Below are positions 48,222 to 59,739 of a stretch of DNA of 64,000 bases, piece after piece (the first letter of the stretch is position 1; every line of letters starts with the position of its first letter). Below the pieces are notes generated by a model. It saw nothing but the letters and a program-made list of their open reading frames with translations. It was not told the origin of the DNA and searched no databases. Made by a program: the position numbers and the translations under genes. Source of the DNA: Pecten maximus (taxonomy: Eukaryota); the NCBI RefSeq assembly GCF_902652985.1, contig NC_047015.1:29946001-30010000 (forward strand), in the 5' to 3' direction.

Positions 48222-49368
48222 TCTTCCAAGATCATCTATCCGATTTACCTGTGTGTTCTTGTAATGCTAGTATTGAAACTGCATACCACTTCTTCTTTGA
48301 ATGCACTAGATATAATGATATACGTATCATTATCTGTCAAAATACTACACAAGTCACTCATCATGACCACTTACTACTAGATCTTTTTCTCAACGGCTGT
48401 GGAAATTGTAATGAAACTGAAAATTTAGCTATTCTCTCTGCAGTATCTAAATACATTTCTGATTCAAAAAGATTTAAATTTCATACTTGATAACTTATAA
48501 CCATATTGGTATAGTACATATACAAAATGTACATGTATGTAAGCATGTTATGATATAAAAGACATACTTATATTTAGTATTATTTACTATTTATTATTAT
48601 TTCCTTTAACAAAATATGCATGTGTAGTAAGATATAAATAAAAATGATGTACTTTTTGCATATTGTGATATACTAGTAGTAATGAATGAATTTTTACAAA
48701 GATGGTATATATATTGATACCATGAAACTTGTACCATATAATTTAATGCTACTTCCTGCTTCTGCCTACTCTTTTCTATCTATAAGTCATATGGTTGTTT
48801 ACTATGGAGAGCGTGGCTTGGTGGTCAAAGTATATATATTTCTACCTACATTTTTACATGTAAATATTGTGAGGCAGCTCCTGTTAAATACTATTCTCAG
48901 TCAAATAATCATTTCAAACTTTATATTTAACCTTTAATCCAAACAATATAAACTATCTGGTGATATGGAATTTCTAAATTTCATCAGTGGATGGCCAGTG
49001 TGATGATGAAATGGACTATGTGGCCTGTCTCTATTGGGATAAGGAAATTCAATATCATCAGATGTTTATTCCATACAGTTTGTATGTTAAATTTTATTCA
49101 ATTAGGATATAAATGCCTATTCCGTCTTTTTGCTTTAAATGACGTTTTACCTAGAGTATTCTCTTCATAAAACAAAATTAATACTAATCTAATGGAGCTG
49201 CCTCTTTGTTAAGCATTGAGATTATAATATGTAATGTATTATAAAATGTCCATGTTTGTACCATTGTGTATGTTACTGTTTTGGGAGAGGACTTATATAG
49301 GCTTTGCCTGTTGTCCAATCCTATTGTCCTTGTGTCAATAAAATGTTTTGAAATAAAATGAAATTTAC

Positions 49369-49653
49369 CTCTACATGTACATCTGTACGTCACTCACATT
49401 TCACCTCGCTATATTTGTAATACAGTTGTTTTTTTGTTCAGTGTTCCAAAATATGAATACAATCAATCAAAACGTTCTCGTAAGCAAAGTGAACATTTTA
49501 TTTTTACAGAATCATGGTACAGTATGTAAACGGAATGGAATGTGGTTTTATAACGACACCGCGCCAACCCCTCATGGATATTGGTCGTCCGGCGTCCCGA
49601 TACTGTGGGACTGTCTAGGGCTATAATATCACATTTCACATATCTTCGTCACA
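49369..49653 (+). repeat. 285-bp direct repeat, copy 2 (right flank of LINE)
   Basis: Begins immediately after the outer LINE tail; matches 41506-41790. Confidence 0.95.
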
Positions 49654-49916
49654 GAAAAGACATCTTGAATAACGCCGAGTCTTCTCTAAATCAAATCATA
49701 TTCCCCTGATATATCAATCCCCTATCTCAGTGTATTTTCTCGCTAGCTGTAAGATTGTCTACGACAGAATGTAACGTTTAATATCGTTGATAGTGTATTT
49801 TATTTTTCTCATCAATGTCTGTTTTCTTAATAGAGGAATGTTTCCCCATTATAGATGACTATTTGATTTGTTACTTTCCAAAATAATTATGCATCTTCTT
49901 AATAACTATATTTCAC

Positions 49917-52217
49917 CTAGTATGTATCATTATCAGTATGTACCATTGTCAGTATGTATCATTATCAGTATGTATCATTATCAGTATGTATCATTGTCAG
50001 TATGTATCATTGTCAGTATGTCTCCTCACTCTCAGTATGTATCATTATCGGTATGTACCATTGTCAGTATGTATCATTATCAGTATGTATCATTATCAGT
50101 ATGTATCATTATCGGTATGTACCATTGTCAGTATGTATCATTATCAGTATGTATCATTATCAGTATGTCTCCTCACTCTCAGTATGTACCATTGTCAGTA
50201 TGTATCATTATCAGTATGTATCATTATCGGTATGTACCATTGTCAGTATGTATCATTATCAGTATGTATCATTATCAGTATGTCTCCTCACTCTCAGTAT
50301 GTACCATTATCAGTATGTATCATTGTCAGTATGTACCATTGTCAGTATGTATCATTGTCAGTATGTATCATTGTCAGTATGTATCATTGTCAGTATGTAT
50401 CATTATCGGTATGTACCATTGTCGGTATGTATCATTATCAGTATGTATCATTATCGGTATGTATCATTGTCAGTATGTATCATTATCAGTATGTATCATT
50501 ATCAGTATGTATCATTATCAGTATGTACCATTATCAGTATGTATCATTATCAGTATGTCTCCTCACCCTCAGTATGTATCATTATCAGTATGTATCATTA
50601 TGAGTATGTATCATTATCAGTATGTATCATTGTCAGTATGTCTCATTATCAGTATGTATCATTGTCAGTATGTCTCATTATCAGTATGTATCATTATCAG
50701 TATGTATCATTGTCAGTATGTATCATTATCAGTATGTATCATTATCAGTATGTATCATTATCAGCATGTATCATTATCAGCATGTATCATTATCAGTATG
50801 TCTCCTCTCTCTCAGTATGTATCATTATCAGTATGTATCATTATCAGTATGTATCATTATCAGTATGTCTCCTCACTCTCAGTATGTACCATTGTCAGTA
50901 TGTATCATTGTCAGTATGTATCATTATCAGTATGTATCATTATCAGTATGTATCATTGTCAGTATGTATCATTATCAGTATGTATCATTATCAGTATGTA
51001 TCATTATCGGTATGTACCATTGTCAGTATGTATCATTATCAGTATGTATCATTATCAGTATGTATCATTATCAGTATATATCATTATCAGTATGTATCAT
51101 TATCAGTATGTACCATTATCAGTATGTATCATTATCAGTATGTCTCCTCACCCTCAGTATGTATCATTATCAGTATGTATCATTATCATTATCAGTATGT
51201 ATCATTATCAGCATGTATCATTATCAGCATGTATCATTATCAGCATGTATCATTATCAGTATGTCTCCTCTCTCTCAGTATGTATCATTATCAGTATGTA
51301 TCATTATCAGTATGTATCTTTATTAGTATGTATCATTATCAGTATGTATCATTGTCGGTATGTCTCATTATCAGTATGTATCATTATCAGTATGTATCAT
51401 TGTCAGTATGTATCATTGTCAGTATGTATCATTATCAATATGTATCATTATCAGTATGTATCATTGTCAGTATGTCTCATTATCAGTATGTATCATTATC
51501 AGTATGTATCATTGTCAGTATGTCTCCTCACTCTCAGTATGTACCATTGTCAGTATGTATCATTATCAGTATGTATCATTATCAGTATGTATCATTGTCA
51601 GTATGTATCATTATCAGTGTGTATCATTATCAGTATGTATCATTATCAGTGTGTATCATTATCAGTATGTATCATTATCAGTATGTCTCCTCACTCTCAG
51701 TATGTACCATTGTCAGTATGTATCATTATCAGTATGTATCATTATCAGTATGTATCATTGTCAGTATATATATGTATCATTATCAGTATGTATCATTATC
51801 AGTATGTATCATTGTCAGTATGTATCATTATCAGTATGTATCATTATCAGTATGTATCATTATCAGTATGTATCATTATCAGTATGTATCATTATCAGTA
51901 TGTATCATTATCAGTATGTATCATTGTCAGTATGTATAATTGTCAGTATATATATGTATCATTATCAGTATGTATCATTATCAGTATGTATCATTGTCAG
52001 TATGTATCATTATCAGTATGTATCATTATCAGTATGTATCATTATCAGTATGTATCATTATTAGTATGTATCATTATCAGTATGTATCTTTATCAGTATA
52101 TATATGTATCATTATCAGTATGTATCATTATCAGTATGTATCATTATCAGTATTTATCATTGTCAGTATGTACCATTGTCAGTATGTATCATTATCAGTA
52201 TGTCTCCTCACTCTCAG
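49917..52217. repeat. 16-bp satellite, ~2.3 kb (~140 units), with interspersed 19-bp variant
   Basis: Unit tatgtatcattatcag; variant tatgtctcctcactctcag. Confidence 0.97.
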
Positions 52218-52365
52218 TTTGCCCCTCCCCCCCCCCCCCCCCCCCCCCCTCCCCCTCAATATAAATTCGTCAGATCAGTTTCAGCATGCCATGAATACCA
52301 TTGTACATTTGGCAATATGTCCTCTCTCTCCGTTAATGGTTCCTCGCTGTCAGTATGTCTTCTAA

Positions 52366-53481
52366 CTACGTGTACGTGTGTTTTTTCTGACAATTTAGTG
52401 TATCTGATACTAGTTTTTCCCATATGTAGTTCTTCATATGAGAACTTACTTTAGTTGAGGATATACGACTATTCTGAATGTAATCACACGCGTGTGGGGG
52501 GCTGTCTAGGTAAAACGTGAACCCAGGCACGTCGACCACCTCGGCACTGATCACCTTAGCCAGGATACCCGTAATGTATGCGTCCTCAATGGGGATATAC
52601 GGCATAAAGTGTGACGTTCTAAATAAGGTCGCTGCGACGTTGGCGGAAATGACATATGTGTTACCGGCAGTGTATGGTGGGTAATGTGGGAATGGGTAGT
52701 CTTTGTTCTCCACCTTCCATCTCCCTATACGTTTAACAATGCCACCGGTGTTCACGTGCCCCAGTACGACACCCTGGTAGGCCGGGTGTCGGGTTTGTGC
52801 CAAGACGTCCAATAGTTTGGGGATGTGTACGAAGGTATCCTCGTCCGCCTTCAACACGTATTGGGCGTCGGCACAATGCGTCGATACCCAGTGTAGACCC
52901 ATCAACATCTTCCGAGTCAAGTTTGAATACGTATCACTAAAATCAGCCTGTACAACATCGCCATACACTTCACTTTCCAACTGTGCAACTCTGTTGTTTT
53001 TCATGGCGGGATCCTCACCAAATAGGAACACGAGTTTTGTGGTGACGTTGATATGATATCGAGGCCAGTGGTTTCCCTTAGCAACACTTCCCCATGAATT
53101 ACGTATGGCTCGACGTTCCTCCACGTGTGTTTGTATAGATGGAATGAGGATGACCAAATACACTGAGCTTTCTCCTGAGCAAATTGACGAACCGGGAACA
53201 ATATATCTAAATGAAAAGGGATTCACTTTTTCTGTTCTGGGAATAAAGTATTGTGCATACTGTTCATCCCTTGAAAATTGAGAAAAACATCTCGTTCCAG
53301 TACATGCTTGCGATACGGGTCGGTGGAGAGCGGTATGAGTCTTTTTGGGTTGCGTTTCCTGACTCTCCGAAACTCGCAGGGATGTCATACATAGCGAAAA
53401 GAGCACTACCCCGCAAACCACAACGCCGGCTCGCATCAACAGGCGGAGAGTATACGGTAGTCGTTGTTGCGAAACTGCCAT
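52366..53481 (-). CDS. B3GALT: Beta-1,3-galactosyltransferase family (GT31) type II membrane protein, 371 aa
   Basis: N-terminal TM anchor; GT31 motifs LVILIPS..RRAIRNSWG, LVFLFG, E..YGDVVQADFSDTYSNLTRK, YVLKADEDTFV, YPPYTAGNTYVIS, IEDAYITGI. An acceptor (ttttttccag) lies just upstream of the ATG, implying a 5' UTR exon. Confidence 0.93.
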   Translation of the reverse strand: MAVSQQRLPYTLRLLMRAGVVVCGVVLFSLCMTSLRVSESQETQPKKTHTALHRPVSQACTGTRCFSQFSRDEQYAQYFIPRTEKVNPFSFRYIVPGSSICSGESSVYLVILIPSIQTHVEERRAIRNSWGSVAKGNHWPRYHINVTTKLVFLFGEDPAMKNNRVAQLESEVYGDVVQADFSDTYSNLTRKMLMGLHWVSTHCADAQYVLKADEDTFVHIPKLLDVLAQTRHPAYQGVVLGHVNTGGIVKRIGRWKVENKDYPFPHYPPYTAGNTYVISANVAATLFRTSHFMPYIPIEDAYITGILAKVISAEVVDVPGFTFYLDSPPHACDYIQNSRISSTKVSSHMKNYIWEKLVSDTLNCQKKHTYT

Positions 53482-54345
53482 TTTATCCTGGAAAAAATAC
53501 AGAAGTTTATTTATCTTTAATCCGAATGAGTTATTAAGGAATATTTCTACATGCCCTTTTCGAATTATTAATATGCAGATTTGTCATTTTTCAAAAATTA
53601 ACATCAAACATCAAACCGAAAAAATAATTTCATTTGTTAATATATTATAGTCACTTTTACAAAACTTCGTAATTATATATATCCTAAATAATCAACGTTA
53701 TCAAATACTGCGAATATGTGTGATTGCTGTGTGGGGCATTTCATTGTCTAGTGGCCGTATTATACACCAATATTAAGCTGCGGTGAAAACATTGTAATTG
53801 TTCTGATTGTCGGCCGATACATGTCCAGTTATAATTTCAGAAGTACAAATGTACCTACCAGTTGTAATGATGTGTAACTAGCACGCTAGGCCTTCCATAT
53901 CAAAAACAACACATAGTTGTAATATTCCAGAAAGCCTCAGCGAAACATACGACTTTCTCTCATTTAGAATTACACTTTAGTTAGGACGTCGTGCCTGTGT
54001 ACGATGTACGTGTATGTACTATAAATACACACTGTAGCCACGGCTTGTTATCGCTTCACCTCCTCCACACACAGATCCCCGTCATCACACACGTGTGGGA
54101 CTCACAATTCCGTATGAGCTATAATTCTACACGTTAGCCCAAAGACTACATGTTTACATGTAAACATTGGCTATACCTGGTCTGATCATGCGCTAAACCG
54201 CTCTATATGTATACCTTACTATGGGGATCACATTGTGTACTCTCGTGCGACACTCACGTCGTTAATTAGGAAGTTTTTATGTAAAACCGGAAGTATACAC
54301 GTATGTTCTTTGTTTCCTCTCGGAGAAAGTTTACATTGGACTTAC

Positions 54346-54560
54346 CGTAGCAGCCCTCCTTTGGGATCCTTTAGTACTAAATGGCCATTGTTTGAGTATG
54401 TTCTGATCCAAGTTTGGACTCCTTTCCGTGAAAACGAGTCCAGACATTTGTCTAGCGAACTCAATCTGGTGCTACTGCAGCTGAAAACCAACCTTGATTG
54501 GGAACTTATTTGGTCACGTGACTCACTGATGGTTATGTACCCCTCGCCGTTACTTCCTGT
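54346..54560 (-). promoter_or_regulatory. Candidate 5' UTR exon and promoter of the GT31 gene
   Basis: Strong minus-strand donor (ctacg|gtaagt) at 54346/54345; palindromic E-box GTCACGTGAC at ~54513-54522 and an ETS-type acttcctg at ~54552. Motif-only evidence. Confidence 0.35.
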
Positions 54561-55112
54561 TTCTGAACTTGAGCAGTAATATGATACATTGCGGTACTTA
54601 TATATAACAGCAGTCATTCACCACTTATATATATGTATATTAATTATCAATAATTGTCGTAACAGATTACTACTGTTACATCACAGCGGTAATCCAGTTA
54701 AATAACAAGAATAGTTGTAATAAAATATATCGAAAATTTGAAGAAACTTGTAGGTTCTTTTCTAATATTATTATTATTTACTTTTGGGGAGAGGAGTTCT
54801 AATAAAAGTGTATCCTTTTAGATAGCAACGCTACCTATATTTGTAGATAGGTATAACACATTCTGATAATTGTGGCAATTGGAGGTAAATTATAAGATTT
54901 TGGCTATAACAAATTGAATCTTTTAAATGACAGTGCATGGTAAAAGATTAACGTTTCATAAGTATAGTTAGTAGTACATGTAATTTTAGATAGATTATCA
55001 TTTTTAAATTAGCGATGATAAAGTACGGTGGTATAATTTAAGTCGATATCTTAAAACAAGAGCAATAACGTTAACGTATAATTATAAATATAGGGATATT
55101 CCTTTGATTTTC

Positions 55113-55747
55113 CTACAATTAACAGATCACACACTTAAACATAGACTACAATTAACAGATCACACACTAAAACATAGACTACAATTTACAGATCACACAC
55201 TTAAACATAGACTACAATTTAAACACTTAAACATAGACTACAATTTAAACACTAAAACAAAGACTACAATTAACAGATCACACACTAAAACATAGACTAC
55301 AATTTACAGATCACACACTTAAACATAGACTACAATTAAACACTAAAACATAGACTACAATTTACAAATCACACACTAAATTATAGACTACAATTAACAG
55401 ATCACACACTAAACATAGACTACAATTTAAATATCACACACTTCAACATAGACTACAATTAACAGATCACGCACTAAAACATAGACTACAATTTACAGAT
55501 CACACACTTAAACATAGACTACAATTTAAATATCGCACACTTAAACATAGACTACAATTTACAGATTAGATAATATTACATAGACTACAATTTACAGATT
55601 AGGTAATATTACATAGACTACAATTTACAGATTAGATAATATTACATAGACTACAATTTACAGATTAGATAATATTACATAGACTACAATTTACAGATTA
55701 GATAATATTACATAGACTACAATTTACAGATTAGATAATATTACATA
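55113..55747. repeat. 33-bp minisatellite with two sequential unit types
   Basis: catagactacaattaacagatcacacacttaaa, then catagactacaatttacagattagataatatta. Confidence 0.92.
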
Positions 55748-56573
55748 TGCCAATTATCCGGATGCTCTGATTTTATAAAAGATATAAAGTATTTCTCAGT
55801 ACTTCGTGATGTTCTAATTAAGGCATATTATTATTTGTTTGAATATCTTATTGATTTATTGATTGATTGATCTATTGTCAATGTTAAGAAAATTTGTTAA
55901 TTTTAATGTATTTTGTATCGTCTTTAAGTTCTAAAATGATATGTATTTATATAAGGCAATAATTGAATTACTGGTAAATGTGTACAAAATGTAATAATAG
56001 ATAAACTAAGGACCCTCGATTTCGGCAAATACCCGTAGGTCGACCGGGTAGAAAAAAAAGATGGCTATGGGCTTCGGCATTAACACTTGATATGATACTG
56101 TATTGACCTCAAATTGTATATCATGATCCGCCACTCGGCCAATGATACATCTGTACATTGCCAGATACCTTACTGATATGCGAACATCATTATTTTAATA
56201 GGTACAAATGATCTTACTAAGAGTTGTATTTTTATAGTGATTAGTAAAACGACAGCTGATTATACAGGACACAAAACCGTCTAGCTTCAGGTGATGAGGC
56301 AGACACCATAATTATTCACCTCAGGAAGTACATCCCATAGGTGATTTCCGATGCCATTAAGAAAATGGACAATTCATTTAATGCATTTGATGAAGGCATA
56401 TACATAATTAATCACATCCATAATGGACTCGGCTGGACCGACTCTCACTCAGTATCCTTCGTGAACTGGCGGCCAAAGACAAGATGGCCGCCTACCAGTT
56501 TTCTGTGTAATTCCTACAGGCTTCCAGGCTAAAGGACCAACTTACAAACTGTTTTCTGATAACTTTCAGTCAA

Positions 56574-59072
56574 ATGAATTGGAACGATACGTGTTTTCAC
56601 GGAGAGCATCCTCGTGACATCTACTGTTACCCGGACTCACCGGTATGTGTTACACCGGCATTGGTAGGTCTCCAGATACTTTTCCTTGTCTGCGTCATGA
56701 TACTAAGTGTGACGTCATGTACACTGCTAATCTACGTCGTACATCGGACGAGGTCGATGTCGATATCGATGAAGACGTGTATCATTAGTCTGTCGACTGC
56801 CTACATTTTGTCGTCCGTGTATCCAATTCCTATTCTGTGCTACTCCATCATCTATTCGCATCTCGTCATTGCCGACGCTGTGTGTCGCTCGTCTCCGCTG
56901 GTTGTCATGGTGACGTCCATATCCACTAACTGGACACTAGCTTTGGTAGGTTTGGACAGATTCCTCACTATCTTCCGTCCATTCACCTACCCTATAACTA
57001 TGAACCTCCGTAAAAGTGTGGCGATGGTGGTATCTGCGTGGTTAATCGGTGTGGTGTTCGCCACACAGCCATGTTTTGGGTGGAGAGACGTAGGTATATG
57101 TTTCCAGCCAAGGGCACTACAGATCTGTGGAATCACGTGGAATACATCTAAAGTGTTCTCCTACGTCACGTGGTCTCTGACCGTCGCAGCGCCGTTCTGT
57201 CTCCTTGTGTTTTGTTATTCCAAGATTGCACTGTTGGCGAAGTCATTGATAGACCCTGAACGCGGAGAAAATGTCATACGAATACCACGTACATGTAGCA
57301 ACAACGTCCGCCCTGAACGTCGACTTGTGCGCAGGAGATCGGTCACCGCATGCCTTAAGACATTCAAAATAGTTATCATCAACATCGGTAAGATACATAC
57401 ATTTTACCGTCACTGTTATTTCTGAAATTACGATACAATCAAAATGTAATTATTGATGTTATCAATATAACAATTATTCATGTATTGAACAAAATACAGA
57501 TTTACTCGGTGATAGTTTGATAGACATTTTATATCAATGTACAGTTATTACCAGGAATATTGAATCCGTTAAAAAGGTCAGTTTGAAATATCACAGACCT
57601 GTAACTCCTTCCCTGAGTTAAACCCCCCACCCCCCACCCATCGTGTCTGAAACAGAGCCACGCCTTACCGTCACAGCCTTCATTATGTATATCCGCCCTT
57701 GCCTTTTCATATTCGCACAAAGGAACAAATATTACCATTACGTCACTCCAGTTCAGCAAATTCCAAGTCATTGCCATCTGAATAAATACGTACCTTATCA
57801 AGTCCGCCTTTGTCAGCGGCCTTTCTTAGACCATACTTCCCGTCCCTGCTTCGAAAGAGAAGCACCATCTTGCCTCCAATTTGCTTCTTCCCGACCCTAA
57901 ATGCATGTTTAGGCGAGATATTGCCCAACCTGTCTGTTCCACACTATCTTTCCCCTACCACTCGCCTATTTCCGACCATCCCTGTTGTGGAAGCTGTATT
58001 TAGGAACCATCTATCTTGCTCCTATACGTGCTGTATATAAGAGGTCTCACAAATGTAGTCCACCGCTTTGGCGGATCTGTTAGCTCCTTTTCCAGAGCTA
58101 TGTTACCCTGTTCCGCTCTGATTTCAGGGTGGAACTCGAAAATTTCCAGAAACGGTCTTAAAAATAACTACATGTACTAATAAACATTCTAATTGATAAA
58201 TGGTTTTGTAAAGCATCACTCAAATGATATTGAATTCGACAAAAATCACTTGCATCCTCATGTGTACAATTCTGGGTCATTGAAACAGTATGGTGGCTTC
58301 AGTAAGAAACAGACAATACAATACACAGCACTTTCAATACCGTTCCGCTTGTTCTGTGAAGTACCTCAATACGATTTTAGATAAACCGGTTTTGACCTTA
58401 AGAGGTCACATTCAAAACAGATATAGCAGTATTTATGAGTGAATCAGTATTGCAACTATTACAAACGCCAATCATGCCTGCTTTTTTTATATACATGTAC
58501 TTATGGACATAAGTTTTGGGAACGTGTGTACTAGTCAAATCTTGATTAGGTAAGGAACTTATGATTTATGATAACCTTTCGAACTGCGTTATGTGATGTT
58601 TCCTAGCAGAGTGAACAATCAGCTGAGGAAATTAAAGGTAACACGGCGTCTATCGAAAGCTCTATACTCTAACTGTGCTGTGTCCTGTAGGTGCTCTATA
58701 CTCTAACAGTGTTGTGTCCTGTATATTGTAGGCACCATCTGTCTGTGCTGGGTACCCTATTCCGTGCTGTCTGTGATGAGCCTAGACGCAAACAGAGCTG
58801 GTATTACCTACAGTCAGGACTTCATCGGCTATTGTTTACTCTTCCTACCTAACTTTGTTAATCCTATTGTTTTCATCGGCTTTAACAAGGACTACAGGGA
58901 CAGCGTCACTCGGCTGTGGAACCGGATGTGGGGTACAGTAAGGAATACCTCGGGTGTGTCGGCCTATGAACGTTCACGTCGTACGCTCGACTCCACACAG
59001 TACGATTACACGACCACAACTGCGAATGTGAGAGTACGAACAGTGAGACAAGTGTCTATACGTCATATGTAG
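56574..59072 (+). CDS. Rhodopsin-like (class A) orphan GPCR, 2 coding exons, ~384 aa
   Basis: Exon 56574-57387 (TM1-5, C3.25, LDRF..I.RPFTYP, W4.50, LLVFCYSKI; phase-1 donor g|gtaaga) plus exon 58732-59072 (GTICLCWVPY, NFVNPIVFIGFNKDYR). Total 1155 nt in frame. Confidence 0.9.
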
Positions 59073-59739
59073 TGAACTTTGATCAGCATTGTCACACAAG
59101 TAAAGAGTATGTTTAGTAACGAGGGTTATATTGTATGTTGGGTAAAGAGTGTGTGGTAGTAAAGGGTTAAGTGCCAGATAGAATGTTAGATACATGTATC
59201 TACGATTGTTATTTTGTTCTCAAACTTACATATTCTGCTTTCGTTATTGCTGCATGCATAAATCTAGAACATATACCATTTCTGACAGAAAATTATTGTT
59301 CATTTTTATTTAATAGTTAATAAAATCTACTCATATTTTGTTTTATATAACAGACAAATAAATCCAAGTTTTCAACAAAAAACAAAAAAAAAAAAATTAA
59401 AAAAAAAAATTAACTACAAAAAAAGTTATATTATAATCTTCCTATTTTGGGATCTGCCTCGCAGTACCATGTTTTTCTGTTGATGTTTTTCCTGTAACTA
59501 AATAAGCGTTCTGGTTCCAAAGAAAACTCACCAAAGTCCCATTGTGTGGTTAATTATTCCTCACAGTCATCAAGAAGCTATCTTCCCACGTCGCTGAGGT
59601 TCAGTTTGACATTAGACATTTGACATTTGGACTCCACAGCAATTACAAGTAGGAAGCGAAATATATTAAGTTGGTGTGATTTGTTTCCTTTCACCTCGAT
59701 ATACCGGTAAAATACTTATTTGTTTTGATTTGTTATCTC

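Larger units (their letters stand above)
41791..49368 (+). mobile_element. 5'-truncated, degenerate CR1-group LINE (outer element), interrupted by a second LINE
   Basis: EN remnant (IWIEV..LLGCIYRP..LTGDLN..SDH), RT (NYRPIS..KAFDRVWH..GVPQGSVLGPMLFLLYINDL..FADDT) with frameshifts and stops; the C-terminal Cys/His motif (CSC..ETAYHFFFEC) resumes at 48227-48490; the 3' UTR ends in an aataaaatg..gaaat tail. Confidence 0.92.

Noticed and set aside
41506-49653. LTR retrotransposon
   Set aside because: The direct repeats lack TG..CA ends, PBS and PPT, and the interior encodes non-LTR EN-RT with no gag or integrase.
49868-52454. Long ORFs (798, 661, 234 aa etc.) of YQYVSLSVCIIISM repeats
   Set aside because: Artefact of a 16-bp unit that lacks + strand stop codons; all three frames give the same peptide and there is no codon-preserving indel pattern.
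56574-59072. Opsin
   Set aside because: No lysine at the TM7 retinal-attachment position.
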